A program made the translations under genes and the position numbers. The notes beneath the pieces are model-generated. The model saw only the letters and a program-made list of their open reading frames with translations, was not told where the DNA came from and did not search any database. A DNA stretch of 64,000 nucleotides, taken from assembly GCA_964632755.1 (NCBI GenBank), contig CAZWDT010000002.1, positions 2,279-66,278 of the forward strand, read 5' to 3'. Of the stretch, positions 55,626-64,000 are shown piece after piece. Positions within the stretch are counted from its first letter, which is position 1; each line of letters starts with the position of its first letter. Source of the stretch: an uncultured Methanotrichaceae archaeon. Its GTDB lineage: Archaea > Halobacteriota > Methanosarcinia > Methanotrichales > Methanotrichaceae.

Positions 55626-56746
55626 CCCCTCTCCGAGAGCTCGCCGACAACCGGCTCTCCGCCATTGGGGGTCCAGACCCGGTCGAGGTCCGGCGATATC
55701 AATCGGATGGAGGCCTCCTCTGAGGAGAGATAGAGCATCTCCCCCTTTGTGGCCGCGGTCAGTGGCCGCAGCCTTATCCTGTCGGTGAGGCCTATCATCT
55801 CCCTCTGATTGGCTATGATTATCGTGAATGGACCGTTTAAGAGGAGCGGGGCATATACCATTCTAAGCGCAGTCAAGAGCTTTCGAGCCTTTTCGTCCAT
55901 CCGGTCGATGGATTTCCATACCGGCGGGGAGAGCACCTTGGATACTAGCTCTATTGGCAGCCTCTGCCTTCTCATCAGCAGGTCAACGGCGTAGGTGATA
56001 ACCTCCGTATCGGTGAATAGCGTGCATTTGTAGCCGTACATCTCCAGATAGCGGCGGTTAGTTCCATACGAGGAGATCTCCCCGTTATGGACCACGGTCC
56101 AGTCGAGGAGGCCGAAGGGATGGGCTCCACCCCACCAGGCCTGGCTATTTGTAGGAAAACGACCATGCGCGGTCCAGATGTGGCCCCGATAGAGCCGGTC
56201 CAACATGAAATACTCCGATATCTCCTCGGGAAAGCCCACGCCCTTGAAGATGCCCATGTTCTTGCCGGAGGAGAAGACGCAAGCGTTCTCGATCTGGGTG
56301 TTCACCCACATGGACTTGGCAACGACGTAATCGTCGTCGGAAAGCCTGGCCTCGTCCCCCTTCTTGTTGGGGGCAACGAAATATCTCCATAACAATGGAG
56401 GGTCCATCACCCTTACTTCATCGTCATGGGGGATCTCCTCATCGTAGACCAGGTCGAAGTTGGCGCATAGGAAGGCCTCGAACTCGTCCTTGGCCTCTCT
56501 CTTGACCTGCCTGTTACCTCCGGTGAACATCATATGCAGGGCGTAATACTCCTGGTATTGAGGGTAAATCCCATACGCAGCGAATCCTCCGCCCAGTCCG
56601 TTGCCGCGAACGTGCATATTGGCTATGGCTCTGGTAACACCCTCGCCGGTGAACCTTTCTCCATCCCGGTTCATCGCACCGAAGATGGAGCAGGAGCTTA
56701 TCTCCTTCTCGTGGATCTCTCTTCTCACTCTTCTCTCCGTCATCAT
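55616..56746 (-). CDS. glutamate synthase glutamine amidotransferase (class II, domain 1) subunit
   Basis: ...SSCSIFGAMNRDGE...HVRGNGLGGGFAAYG...GHIWTAHGRFPTNS...VVHNGEISSYG are Ntn-amidotransferase motifs. The catalytic Cys is preceded by a short propeptide. The start is uncertain (ATGATG at 56746 or ATG at 56803). The track start at 56863 lies inside the promoter block. Confidence 0.8.
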   Translation of the reverse strand: MMTERRVRREIHEKEISSCSIFGAMNRDGERFTGEGVTRAIANMHVRGNGLGGGFAAYGIYPQYQEYYALHMMFTGGNRQVKREAKDEFEAFLCANFDLVYDEEIPHDDEVRVMDPPLLWRYFVAPNKKGDEARLSDDDYVVAKSMWVNTQIENACVFSSGKNMGIFKGVGFPEEISEYFMLDRLYRGHIWTAHGRFPTNSQAWWGGAHPFGLLDWTVVHNGEISSYGTNRRYLEMYGYKCTLFTDTEVITYAVDLLMRRQRLPIELVSKVLSPPVWKSIDRMDEKARKLLTALRMVYAPLLLNGPFTIIIANQREMIGLTDRIRLRPLTAATKGEMLYLSSEEASIRLISPDLDRVWTPNGGEPVVGELSERGCQ

Positions 56747-56837
56747 CGCCTCAAAGCATGAATCTGCTAAGCAAGCAAGCGTGCTGCCTGTTAGGAACCC
56801 CATTGACGATTGCCATCCCCATACGTCTCGACGTCGC

Positions 56838-56873
56838 TTTATATGTGTTTGAGAGATTTTCACAAAACTTATG
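56838..56873 (-). promoter_or_regulatory. conserved promoter/operator block upstream of gltB1 (shared with glnA)
   Basis: The minus strand reads cataagttttgtgaaaatctctcaaacacatataaa. It is identical at 28 of 36 ungapped positions to the block at 58366..58401. It contains the near-palindrome TCATAAsTTTTGTGA and a TATA-like end. Confidence 0.55.
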
Positions 56874-56899
56874 ATCTCTTGGGACTTGGCTAGGGGAGT

Positions 56900-56919
56900 G
56901 CCGGGGCTCTAACCCCGGC
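56900..56919 (-). terminator. GC-rich hairpin between glnA and the gltB1 promoter
   Basis: gccgggg-ctctaa-ccccggc has a 7-bp stem and lies about 70 nt after the glnA stop. No strong T-tract follows it. Confidence 0.3.
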
Positions 56920-56989
56920 AATCAGATATCCTTCTATCAGCTCCAAACCTCTTCTATCCGGCAAGGGCCAAGGGAGTAGGAGTTATCCC

Positions 56990-58324
56990 CTAAAGCAGGG
57001 GAAGATACCTCTCCAGCTCCCATTGGGTCACGTTCATTCGGTATGCGTCCCATTCCTTTCTCTTGTTGGCGAGGAAGGCATGAAATACATGCTCTCCCAG
57101 CGCTTCCCTCACGAGCTTGCTCTTCTCCGTGAGATCGATTGCCTCGTTCAGGCTTCCTGGAAGGGATGAGATCCCGGCGCTTGTCCTCTCGGCATCGGTC
57201 ATGTGGTAGACATCTTTCTCCTGGGGATCGGGTATGTCGTACCGGTTGTTGATCCCGGCAAGGCCAGCTGCCAGCATTACCGAGAAGGCCAGGTACGGGT
57301 TGGCGGCTGGATCGGCGCTTCTGTACTCCACCCTGGTCGCGGTCTCTTTGCCTGGTTTATACATGGGAACCCTCACCAATGTGGACCGGTTCCTTCGAGC
57401 CCAGCAGATGTAGACAGGGGCCTCGTAGCCGGGAACAAGCCTCTTGTAGGAGTTGATCCACTGGTTGGTAACCGCGGTTATCTCAGGGGCGTGCTTTAAG
57501 AGGCCGCCGATGTAGTTCCTGGCCTCCTCGGACAAGTGGTACTTGTCTCCCGGATCGAAGAAGGCGTTCCTCTTGCCCTTGAAGAGCGATTGATGAACGT
57601 GCATCCCCGATCCATTCTGACCGAAGATCGGCTTTGGCATGAACGAAGCATGATAGCCATAGCGACTCGCCACTTCCTTCACAACGATCTTGTAGGTCAT
57701 GCAGGTGTCGGCCATGTTGAGGGCGTCCTTATACCTGAGATCGATCTCGTGCTGGGATGGGGCTACCTCGTGATGGCTGTACTCGACATCTATTCCCATG
57801 GAGTCCAGGGTGAGGATGGTGTCCCGACGCAGATCGCTTGCAGCATCCATGGTGGTAAGGTCAAAGTAGCCGCCATGGTCCAGTATCTCCGTGGTGTGCT
57901 CGTTCTTGAAGTAGAAGAACTCGAGCTCAGGACCTACGTTGAACGTATATCCCTTATCCTTGAGCCTCTCCAGGTTCCTCTTGAGAACATATCTGGGATC
58001 GGCCTCATAGGGGGTGCCATCGGGATTGAGGATATCGCAGAACATCCTCGCGACAGCGTTCTCCTTCTGCCGCCAGGGCAGTATCTGGAAGGTCGTAGGA
58101 TCGGGGACGGCGACCATGTCGCTCTCGTTGATCCGAGCGAAGCCTTCGATGGAGGATCCGTCGAAGCCCATTCCCTCTTCGAAAGCCCCTTCGAGCTCTG
58201 AGGTGTTTATCGCGAAGCTCTTTGGCGTTCCTAGTATGTCCGTGAACCATATCCTCACGAACCTCACGTTATTCTTCTCCACTGCGGCGAAGAGTTCGTC
58301 CTTGGTCCTTATGTTTTCGGCCAT
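56990..58324 (-). CDS. glnA: glutamine synthetase, type I
   Basis: 444 aa. Diagnostic motifs are FDGSSIEGF, GPELEFF, HHEVAPSQHEIDLRY, KPIFGQNGSGMHVHQSL and NPYLAF. Confidence 0.92.
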   Translation of the reverse strand: MAENIRTKDELFAAVEKNNVRFVRIWFTDILGTPKSFAINTSELEGAFEEGMGFDGSSIEGFARINESDMVAVPDPTTFQILPWRQKENAVARMFCDILNPDGTPYEADPRYVLKRNLERLKDKGYTFNVGPELEFFYFKNEHTTEILDHGGYFDLTTMDAASDLRRDTILTLDSMGIDVEYSHHEVAPSQHEIDLRYKDALNMADTCMTYKIVVKEVASRYGYHASFMPKPIFGQNGSGMHVHQSLFKGKRNAFFDPGDKYHLSEEARNYIGGLLKHAPEITAVTNQWINSYKRLVPGYEAPVYICWARRNRSTLVRVPMYKPGKETATRVEYRSADPAANPYLAFSVMLAAGLAGINNRYDIPDPQEKDVYHMTDAERTSAGISSLPGSLNEAIDLTEKSKLVREALGEHVFHAFLANKRKEWDAYRMNVTQWELERYLPLL

Positions 58325-58365
58325 CTTATTGCCTCTTCTATAGTCTGCTCCCTTGCGGTAGAAAA

Positions 58366-58401
58366 TATATATCTATTTGAGATCGATTCACAAAAGTTAT
58401 G
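58366..58401 (-). promoter_or_regulatory. conserved promoter/operator block upstream of glnA (shared with gltB1)
   Basis: The minus strand reads cataacttttgtgaatcgatctcaaatagatatata, about 40 nt upstream of the glnA ATG. Confidence 0.55.
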
Positions 58402-58669
58402 AAGAATAACAACCTCCAATTATTCAGCTATTCTGGAAAATACTTAACAATTGTCTGGCTGCAATTCCGATAGGATCTTTCAGCGGCCCCTCCCACCCCA
58501 AGGATACGGCCTGGCCTTTTATAGGGTGACGGAGGCGCTCTCCTATGAACTCTTATGAACGATTATGAAGCCTCTTCCAGGGACTAATGCGCATCGGACG
58601 ATGGCCCCCTGGACAAGAAAACCACAATCTTTATCATCGATAAGGGAAGCTAGGGGAATAGGAGGTATC

Positions 58670-58789
58670 ATGGATCTATTGTCCGTCATTGAGATCGTCC
58701 AGGGCATCCTGGTCTTGGGGATCATGCTTCTGATCTTGGGGGCAGGGTTCAAGGTATGGAAGTGGAACTATACGGTCCCGCCCAAGTGA
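58670..58789 (+). CDS. 39-aa single-TM micro-protein
   Basis: ggaggt lies 4 nt before the ATG at 58670. The product is MDLLSVIEIVQGILVLGIMLLILGAGFKVWKWNYTVPPK*. Confidence 0.35.
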   Translation: MDLLSVIEIVQGILVLGIMLLILGAGFKVWKWNYTVPPK

Positions 58790-58928
58790 GCACCTATAGG
58801 CTCTCCATTTTTATATCGATGGGCTCGGCATAGGTCTGATCTCGGAACGCAAAGCTCGTTCCGACAAGCTGATTGGCGTCTCCCCGCCATCTTAGGGCTT
58901 ATCGAAGGCTTTTCTCGCGGGCCGAGGG

Positions 58929-59858
58929 TTAATAAAGCGGGTAGCCGATGATCAGCCTTGCTGCTGAGATGGTCCCTGTCCACACGCGAGCGGCGGAGGT
59001 GGTGAACTGATAACCCGGGCGCGAGGCGGTTATGGCGTAGGTGCCTGATGGCAGATCCATTCCATAGTAACCGAAGGCGTTGGTGGTCTGCGTGAAGCGG
59101 CCGCCCTCGCTGCCGCTCATTCTAACGGTCACATCGGGAATCCCTGCGCCGTTTGGGTCCACCACTCGACCGGTCAGGCCGTAGATGAGCGGATAAGAGC
59201 CGGGGTTCACCGATATGGATAGGTTGTTGCTGGCCAAGGCGCCGCATACGAAAGTGTAGAGATGAGATGTCATTATCTCGGCGTAGCCCCCTTTGATCCT
59301 ATACCACCTGGGGGCGAGATAGCCCTGGAAGAGGACGTTTGTGCCGGTGTCATATAGGTTGAAGCTTCCATAGCGTCCTATCCTTGCCCAGAGGGTGTAG
59401 CCTTCGCCAAGGTTCACGCTGCCGGAGGTTACAAGGCTGCTTCCCATCTGCAGGTAAAGCTGATTGGGCTGGCGTTGGGCGCCTTCTATCGTCAGCCCTT
59501 CCTCGATCGGATCGGCCTTCTCGACGATCATGCCCGACGCGGAGGAGGGACCATAAGGATCCCAGGAGGGAATGTCCGCACTGACGCCCTCTCCGCCAGG
59601 TCCAAATGGATCCCACTCAGGCCTTCCGGCGGCGAATGGATTTAGGTAGTCGGGCACTAGCTGGTCATCGGTCGCTTGGGCAGGCGTACCCATCCAATCG
59701 TATTTGCTATCCGATATGCCCTGCACGGGCGCGGCAAACGATATGGCCAATGCCAAAACGATAGACATCGCCAGAATAACTCTCAAGAGCAAACCCCAAA
59801 TGTCATCTCCTGTAATCGACTTAAATCTTTCGATCGGGTCTCTATCGTCGTCGACCAT
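58929..59858 (-). CDS. N-terminally anchored protein with a C-terminal carboxypeptidase-regulatory-like (CarboxypepD_reg) beta-sandwich domain
   Basis: The C-terminal GLTGRVVDPNGAGIPDVTVRMSG....TTNAFGYYGMDLPSGTYAITASRPGY is diagnostic. The likely start is the ATG at 59858 (MVDDDRDP... followed by TM LLLRVILAMSIVLALAISFA). The track start is 59966. Confidence 0.7.
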   Translation of the reverse strand: MVDDDRDPIERFKSITGDDIWGLLLRVILAMSIVLALAISFAAPVQGISDSKYDWMGTPAQATDDQLVPDYLNPFAAGRPEWDPFGPGGEGVSADIPSWDPYGPSSASGMIVEKADPIEEGLTIEGAQRQPNQLYLQMGSSLVTSGSVNLGEGYTLWARIGRYGSFNLYDTGTNVLFQGYLAPRWYRIKGGYAEIMTSHLYTFVCGALASNNLSISVNPGSYPLIYGLTGRVVDPNGAGIPDVTVRMSGSEGGRFTQTTNAFGYYGMDLPSGTYAITASRPGYQFTTSAARVWTGTISAARLIIGYPLY

Positions 59859-60086
59859 TGTTCTATAACTACGGTACATACGATATATTCTATCCATACG
59901 AAAAGTACTTGTAATCCTTGGGCGAAGGGATATAAACTGGAGCCTAGCTCTTGATTGCAGGATCACAGCGCAAGATCGGCCGGATAGCCGAGTAGGGCGC
60001 TATTGTTATATCATACACCGAGAGAGAAGGGAATACAAGGCGGATTGATGGGCAATATATTAAGATTATGAGAGGTGGAGGAGATC

Positions 60087-63000
60087 ATGCATCATCATAA
60101 GGTGGGCGGAATCTGCTTGCTTTTGGCGACTTTGGCAGCAGCTCTGCAGATTGGGGGGTTGGCATATACCCCTAGCGATGAAGCCACCAAGGATTTCTTC
60201 GGCGATCCTTCGAGCGGCGAGGCCGACCAGGCCTTCAGCATCGCCGAGGACGACTTCTTCGATAACAGCGGCTATAGCGAGACAACGGAGAGCTCCAGCG
60301 CGATAGATGCTCCCAAGGCAGATACACCAGTGGTGGAATCGAACTCTACAGAGGCCGGGGATAAGGCTTCTGATGTTGTATCCACTGCAGAGGCAGATAT
60401 CCTCCCTGTGGCCGAGTCGGATGAGTCCCTGGAAGCTTCTCAGGAATCGAATGCCACAAGCATCGCAGAAGGGGACGAATCGGCCAAGAGCGCTTCCGGG
60501 CAGGCGGATGCTTCCATCAATGCTGAGGTTTCCACACTCACCTTGAACGAGAGCGATCAGGGCAATGCCTCCTCCGCAGAAGCGATCATGGTGACATCTG
60601 CTAACGCCACGGACAATACCACGGCGAACGCAGGATCCAATGAGACTGCTATCAATGAGACTGTCATCAACGAGACCGCTATAAACGCAACTTTGGCCAA
60701 TGTCTCAGCCGAGAACATCACGTCGACTAATGCAACTCTGCCGATAAATGCGAGCGAGAACTTGACGTCCGAATCCGAAGTCAACGCCACGCTTCTGGAG
60801 AACGCAACCGAGGAGAACCAGACTGCAATCGAGCCCGTGGCGGCATCGGCCTCTGCAGATGAGACCGCAGTCGATGAGGAGATCGATTTCTTCGACTTCG
60901 ATACATATCCGACGGATAGGATCTGGCGGGACGGGGTAAATGATATCCCCTATACATGGACGCCCATCTCCTTCTCCGGATTCTTCTACGACTTGGACGA
61001 TAACGTCGGAACCGAGATGATGACGATCGATCTCGACAAGTCCGGGCAGAACTACAGCCGCTCTGTCGACTCAGGGGCATTGATCTACAACAGCCGGATC
61101 CAGCAGATCAAGTACGCCTTCGAGGACTGGGGCAAGTACGAGGTACTGGGCTTCATGGCGGAGAAGTACTTCGCCGGCTACAAGGATAACGATGTCGTCG
61201 ACGGCGACGTCTCCATGATCAACGACAACCAGCTGCGGCGCGTCCTCATCGACGAGGATGAGGATAGGACGATCTCCACAGGTTCCGTCCTTGCCCTGGA
61301 GGAGGGCTATGAGCTGAGGATCAAGGAGATCGACCTGGATGGCAACAAGGTCTGGCTGGCGGTTGCCAGGGACGGAGACGAGGTGGCGGACAAGGTAATA
61401 ACTCCCATATCCGACAACTTGAGGACATCCACATTCACATACGACGTGGACATCAGCGGAAAGGACGCTCCATTGATCATGGCCCACGTGAGAAATGTCT
61501 TCTCCGGGGCTGAGACGAGCCTTGTGACGCTCGACGGCCTCTTCCAGATCTCAGACACATACGACTCGGTGGAGGAGGCGGACAAGTACGGCGAGATGGA
61601 GGTCGTGTCCGTCTCGGACAAGGGGATCGAGATGGAGAACGAGGACTCCTTCACCCTCAGGAAGGGAAAGACGGTCAACATCATGGGCAATGTGGGTTTC
61701 CTCGTAGCAGACTCAGATACATTGAGGTTTGCCCCCGTAGTTGAGCGAAAGGGAAGCTACGAGGTCAGGGGAACGATTGTGGATAGCGATGTCCTCAAGG
61801 ACTACGACAACGAGTTCACCTGGGACGTCTTTAACTTCGAGGGATTCTACTACGACATAGACGATAACGTCGGCACCGAGACTCTTCGCGCCAAGGTCTC
61901 GGGAAGCAGCATAAAGGACGGCGATCTCTATTACGAGACCTCTCCGCAGTCCGTCGACTTCGAGCTATCGAGCTGGGGCAAGTACGACGTCATAGGATTC
62001 ATGGCCGACAAGTACTTCGCAGGCTACAACAACGGCACGACCTTCACCGACGAGTTCAGCATCATCAACGAGGGCCAGCTGCGAAAGGTTTTAATGGACA
62101 GCGACGATGAGAGGACGCTTACTTCCGGATCGGTCCTCCCCCTGGAGGAGGGCTACGAGGTTACCATCAAGGAGGTTGACCTCAACGGCAACAAGGTATG
62201 GCTCGCGGTGACCCAGGATGGCGAGGAGGTTGGCGACAAGGTGCTCAATCCCGTCGGCGGGGACCAGAAGAGCAAGACCTTCGTCTACGAGGATAAGATC
62301 GGTACGGAGGAGGTGCCGATCATCGCCGTGACGGTCGACAGCGTCTTCAGGGGGACAGAGGCCGACCTTGCCGTGATCAAGGGCATATTCCAGGTCTCCG
62401 ACATCCCTGAGGCTGTGGAGGAAGGGGATGTCCACGGCAAGATGAAGGTTGAGTCCTTATCCGACTCTGGAATCATAATGCAGAGCGACGGCTCCATTAG
62501 CCTGGGTCGGGGAAAGGAGATCACCATAATGGGCAACCTGAAGTTCGTGGTTGCCGACGACTCGGATCGTAGGTTCTGTCCCGTAGCCGTGAGGAAGGTC
62601 TCGGAGGAAGAGAGGCTTGCTCCCCTCAGGCTTGAGGCTCCTGAGACGATCATGGGCGCTAGCGTCTCTATCACCGTCACATCGGACGGCAAGGCCCTCG
62701 GCGGTGCTCTTGTAATCGTGGACGGAAGTGAGATTGGTACCACATCCTCGGATGGCACCTTGAGGTACACGCCGGACAAGGCTGGAACGCTCCAGGTTCA
62801 GGCAAAGTTAGAGGGATATCCCGATGGCAGCGGCAGCATGCTCGTCCGGTCCATGAAGGAGGTCAGGAGGCTCGCCTTGAACGTGCCTCCCGAGGCTCTC
62901 AAGGGGGAGACCTTCCTGATCACAGTAACCGGCGGCCTCAACCTATCTCCCATGGAGGATGTCGATGTCAGCTTCGATGATCTCTTCATAGGTTCGACAG

Positions 63001-63497
63001 ATACACAGGGGACTGTCACCTACTCGAGCAACGTCACAGGGGAGCATACGGTCAAGGCCTCCAAGGAGGAGCATGACGACGTCAGCAAGAACATGAAGGT
63101 GGTCTCCTCCCTGGATGTGACGAACCTGACTCTGAGCGAAGGCCCCAAGGCGGGCAAGGCCTTCAAGGTCACTGCAACCGTGGACAACAGGGGCCCTGTT
63201 GCTGACAACCTCACCTACGACCTAAAGGTCAACGGGGAGACCGTCACCAGCAAGGATGTAGTGGTCGAGCCAGGCCAGTCTGCAGAGGTCGCATTCGAGT
63301 ACACGCCTACGGAGCCCGGCGTCTACAAGGTCGAGGTCGGCGGAAGGGGCCAGACCGTGACCGTGGCAGAGGCGGACAAGCTCAACTGGATGCTCATCGG
63401 CCTCATACTGATACTGCTCATAGCCATCGGGGCTGGGGCGTATCTCTACAAGACCGGCGAGCTCGAAGGGCTCAAGGAGAAGCTTCAGAACCGCTGA
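60087..63497 (+). CDS. S-layer protein with tandem DUF1608 (Methanosarcinales S-layer duplication) domains, a sequon-rich N-terminal stalk, Ig/CARDB-like domains and a C-terminal TM anchor
   Basis: The signal is HHHKVGGICLLLATLAAALQIGG. Two roughly 280-aa repeats each carry (F/W)..(F/I)(N/S)F.GF(F/Y)YD(L/I)DDNVGTE, WGKY.V(L/I)GFMA.KYFAGY, GS.L.LEEGYE..IKE.DL.GNKVWLAV..DGEEV.DKV. The C-terminus is LNWMLIGLILILLIAIGAGAYLY. The track start is a GTG at 60075; I prefer the ATG at 60087, which follows ggtggaggag. Confidence 0.8.
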   Translation: MHHHKVGGICLLLATLAAALQIGGLAYTPSDEATKDFFGDPSSGEADQAFSIAEDDFFDNSGYSETTESSSAIDAPKADTPVVESNSTEAGDKASDVVSTAEADILPVAESDESLEASQESNATSIAEGDESAKSASGQADASINAEVSTLTLNESDQGNASSAEAIMVTSANATDNTTANAGSNETAINETVINETAINATLANVSAENITSTNATLPINASENLTSESEVNATLLENATEENQTAIEPVAASASADETAVDEEIDFFDFDTYPTDRIWRDGVNDIPYTWTPISFSGFFYDLDDNVGTEMMTIDLDKSGQNYSRSVDSGALIYNSRIQQIKYAFEDWGKYEVLGFMAEKYFAGYKDNDVVDGDVSMINDNQLRRVLIDEDEDRTISTGSVLALEEGYELRIKEIDLDGNKVWLAVARDGDEVADKVITPISDNLRTSTFTYDVDISGKDAPLIMAHVRNVFSGAETSLVTLDGLFQISDTYDSVEEADKYGEMEVVSVSDKGIEMENEDSFTLRKGKTVNIMGNVGFLVADSDTLRFAPVVERKGSYEVRGTIVDSDVLKDYDNEFTWDVFNFEGFYYDIDDNVGTETLRAKVSGSSIKDGDLYYETSPQSVDFELSSWGKYDVIGFMADKYFAGYNNGTTFTDEFSIINEGQLRKVLMDSDDERTLTSGSVLPLEEGYEVTIKEVDLNGNKVWLAVTQDGEEVGDKVLNPVGGDQKSKTFVYEDKIGTEEVPIIAVTVDSVFRGTEADLAVIKGIFQVSDIPEAVEEGDVHGKMKVESLSDSGIIMQSDGSISLGRGKEITIMGNLKFVVADDSDRRFCPVAVRKVSEEERLAPLRLEAPETIMGASVSITVTSDGKALGGALVIVDGSEIGTTSSDGTLRYTPDKAGTLQVQAKLEGYPDGSGSMLVRSMKEVRRLALNVPPEALKGETFLITVTGGLNLSPMEDVDVSFDDLFIGSTDTQGTVTYSSNVTGEHTVKASKEEHDDVSKNMKVVSSLDVTNLTLSEGPKAGKAFKVTATVDNRGPVADNLTYDLKVNGETVTSKDVVVEPGQSAEVAFEYTPTEPGVYKVEVGGRGQTVTVAEADKLNWMLIGLILILLIAIGAGAYLYKTGELEGLKEKLQNR

Positions 63498-63587
63498 GCT
63501 TCTCCTTCTATTTTTATTATTTAATCTAGATCGCTTCAAAGCCATAACGGGCAGAGGTGGCATCTACGAGAAGGCATTTATATAAAG

Positions 63588-64000
63588 GATGGACGCAATA
63601 GAGGGATCGATGCTCAAGCTCACAGCGTATGTCTCGGGAAATGTTCAGAGCGTAGGCTATCGGGCCAAGGTTTTGGATCTGGCTCAGAGCCTGAATCTCA
63701 GGGGCGCTGTACAGAACCTGACCGATGGCCGGGTGAAGGTGACTGCAGAAGGCAGGGAGGAGGATCTGGAGATCCTCTGCCGGAGGCTGCAGATGAGCAA
63801 TGGCTTGATCGCCGTCGAGGATGTCGCGGCGAGCTACTCTCAGCCATCCGGAGACTACGAGGGATTCGTCAAACTTGTGTCCTCTGGCGAGACCGATCAG
63901 CGCCTCGATATCGGGGTCCATTATATTAAGGAGCTGATCGACGTCACAAGGTTCGGTTTCGAGTCGATGGGAAGCAAGATCGATTGCCTTGGCGAGAAGA
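63588..64000 (+). CDS. acylphosphatase-domain protein with a C-terminal extension; the 3' end lies outside the window
   Basis: My own translation reads MDAIEGSMLKLTAYVSGNVQSVGYRAKVLDLAQSLNLRGAVQNLTDGRVKVTAEG... V.G.VQ.VG(Y/F)R is the acylphosphatase signature. The minus ORF 63526..63921 is its shadow. Confidence 0.7.

Noticed and set aside
58325-58560. I searched for an NrpR-type GGAA-N6-TTCC operator upstream of glnA.
   Set aside because: Only partial matches are present (GGAAAATACTTAAC and TTCCGATAGGA). Neither fits the consensus spacing, so I reported the shared 36-nt block instead.
63526-63921. 131-aa minus-strand ORF near the window end.
   Set aside because: The plus strand at the same position encodes a clear acylphosphatase motif (VSGNVQSVGYR). 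The minus ORF is its shadow.

Overview
The window looks like a contiguous chromosomal segment from a GC-rich methanogenic archaeon. A tandem-DUF1608 S-layer protein, an McrC homologue, a split archaeal-type glutamate synthase and a cupin-type PGI point to Methanosarcinales, probably Methanothrix/Methanosaeta-like; this taxonomic call is inference. I support about 60 protein genes. I found no rRNA, tRNA, CRISPR array, transposase or integrase. Housekeeping genes: CbiA/CfbB-type amidase (partial), two-subunit class I fumarate hydratase, cupin PGI, UbiA prenyltransferase, ACT-hom-lig, hisD, U32 peptidase, Na+/solute symporter, ApgM-family enzyme, glnA. Envelope and stress genes: LemA, a GerW/YtfI-like operon, HtpX-PspAB-like and PspA-PspAA, and the S-layer protein. 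Six observations stand out. (1) Three paralogous giant secreted proteins (807..4466, 35284..37599, 38449..41637) share N- and C-terminal modules around divergent cores. Two of them sit next to a compositionally mosaic glycan-assembly island (25.6-34.8 kb) and a RelE/ParE-type TA pair. (2) Paralog 1 carries an in-frame AT-rich cassette and tandem repeats. (3) A roughly 190-nt AT-rich element occurs three times in intergenic DNA. (4) A six-gene operon packs split GOGAT, a Cys-type formate-dehydrogenase catalytic subunit and two ferredoxin-like proteins directly downstream of glnA. (5) glnA and gltB1 share a 36-nt promoter block. (6) The stop codon of a SlyD-type FKBP gene overlaps the McrC start codon (ATGA). 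All family calls come from motif recognition by eye. No database search was possible.
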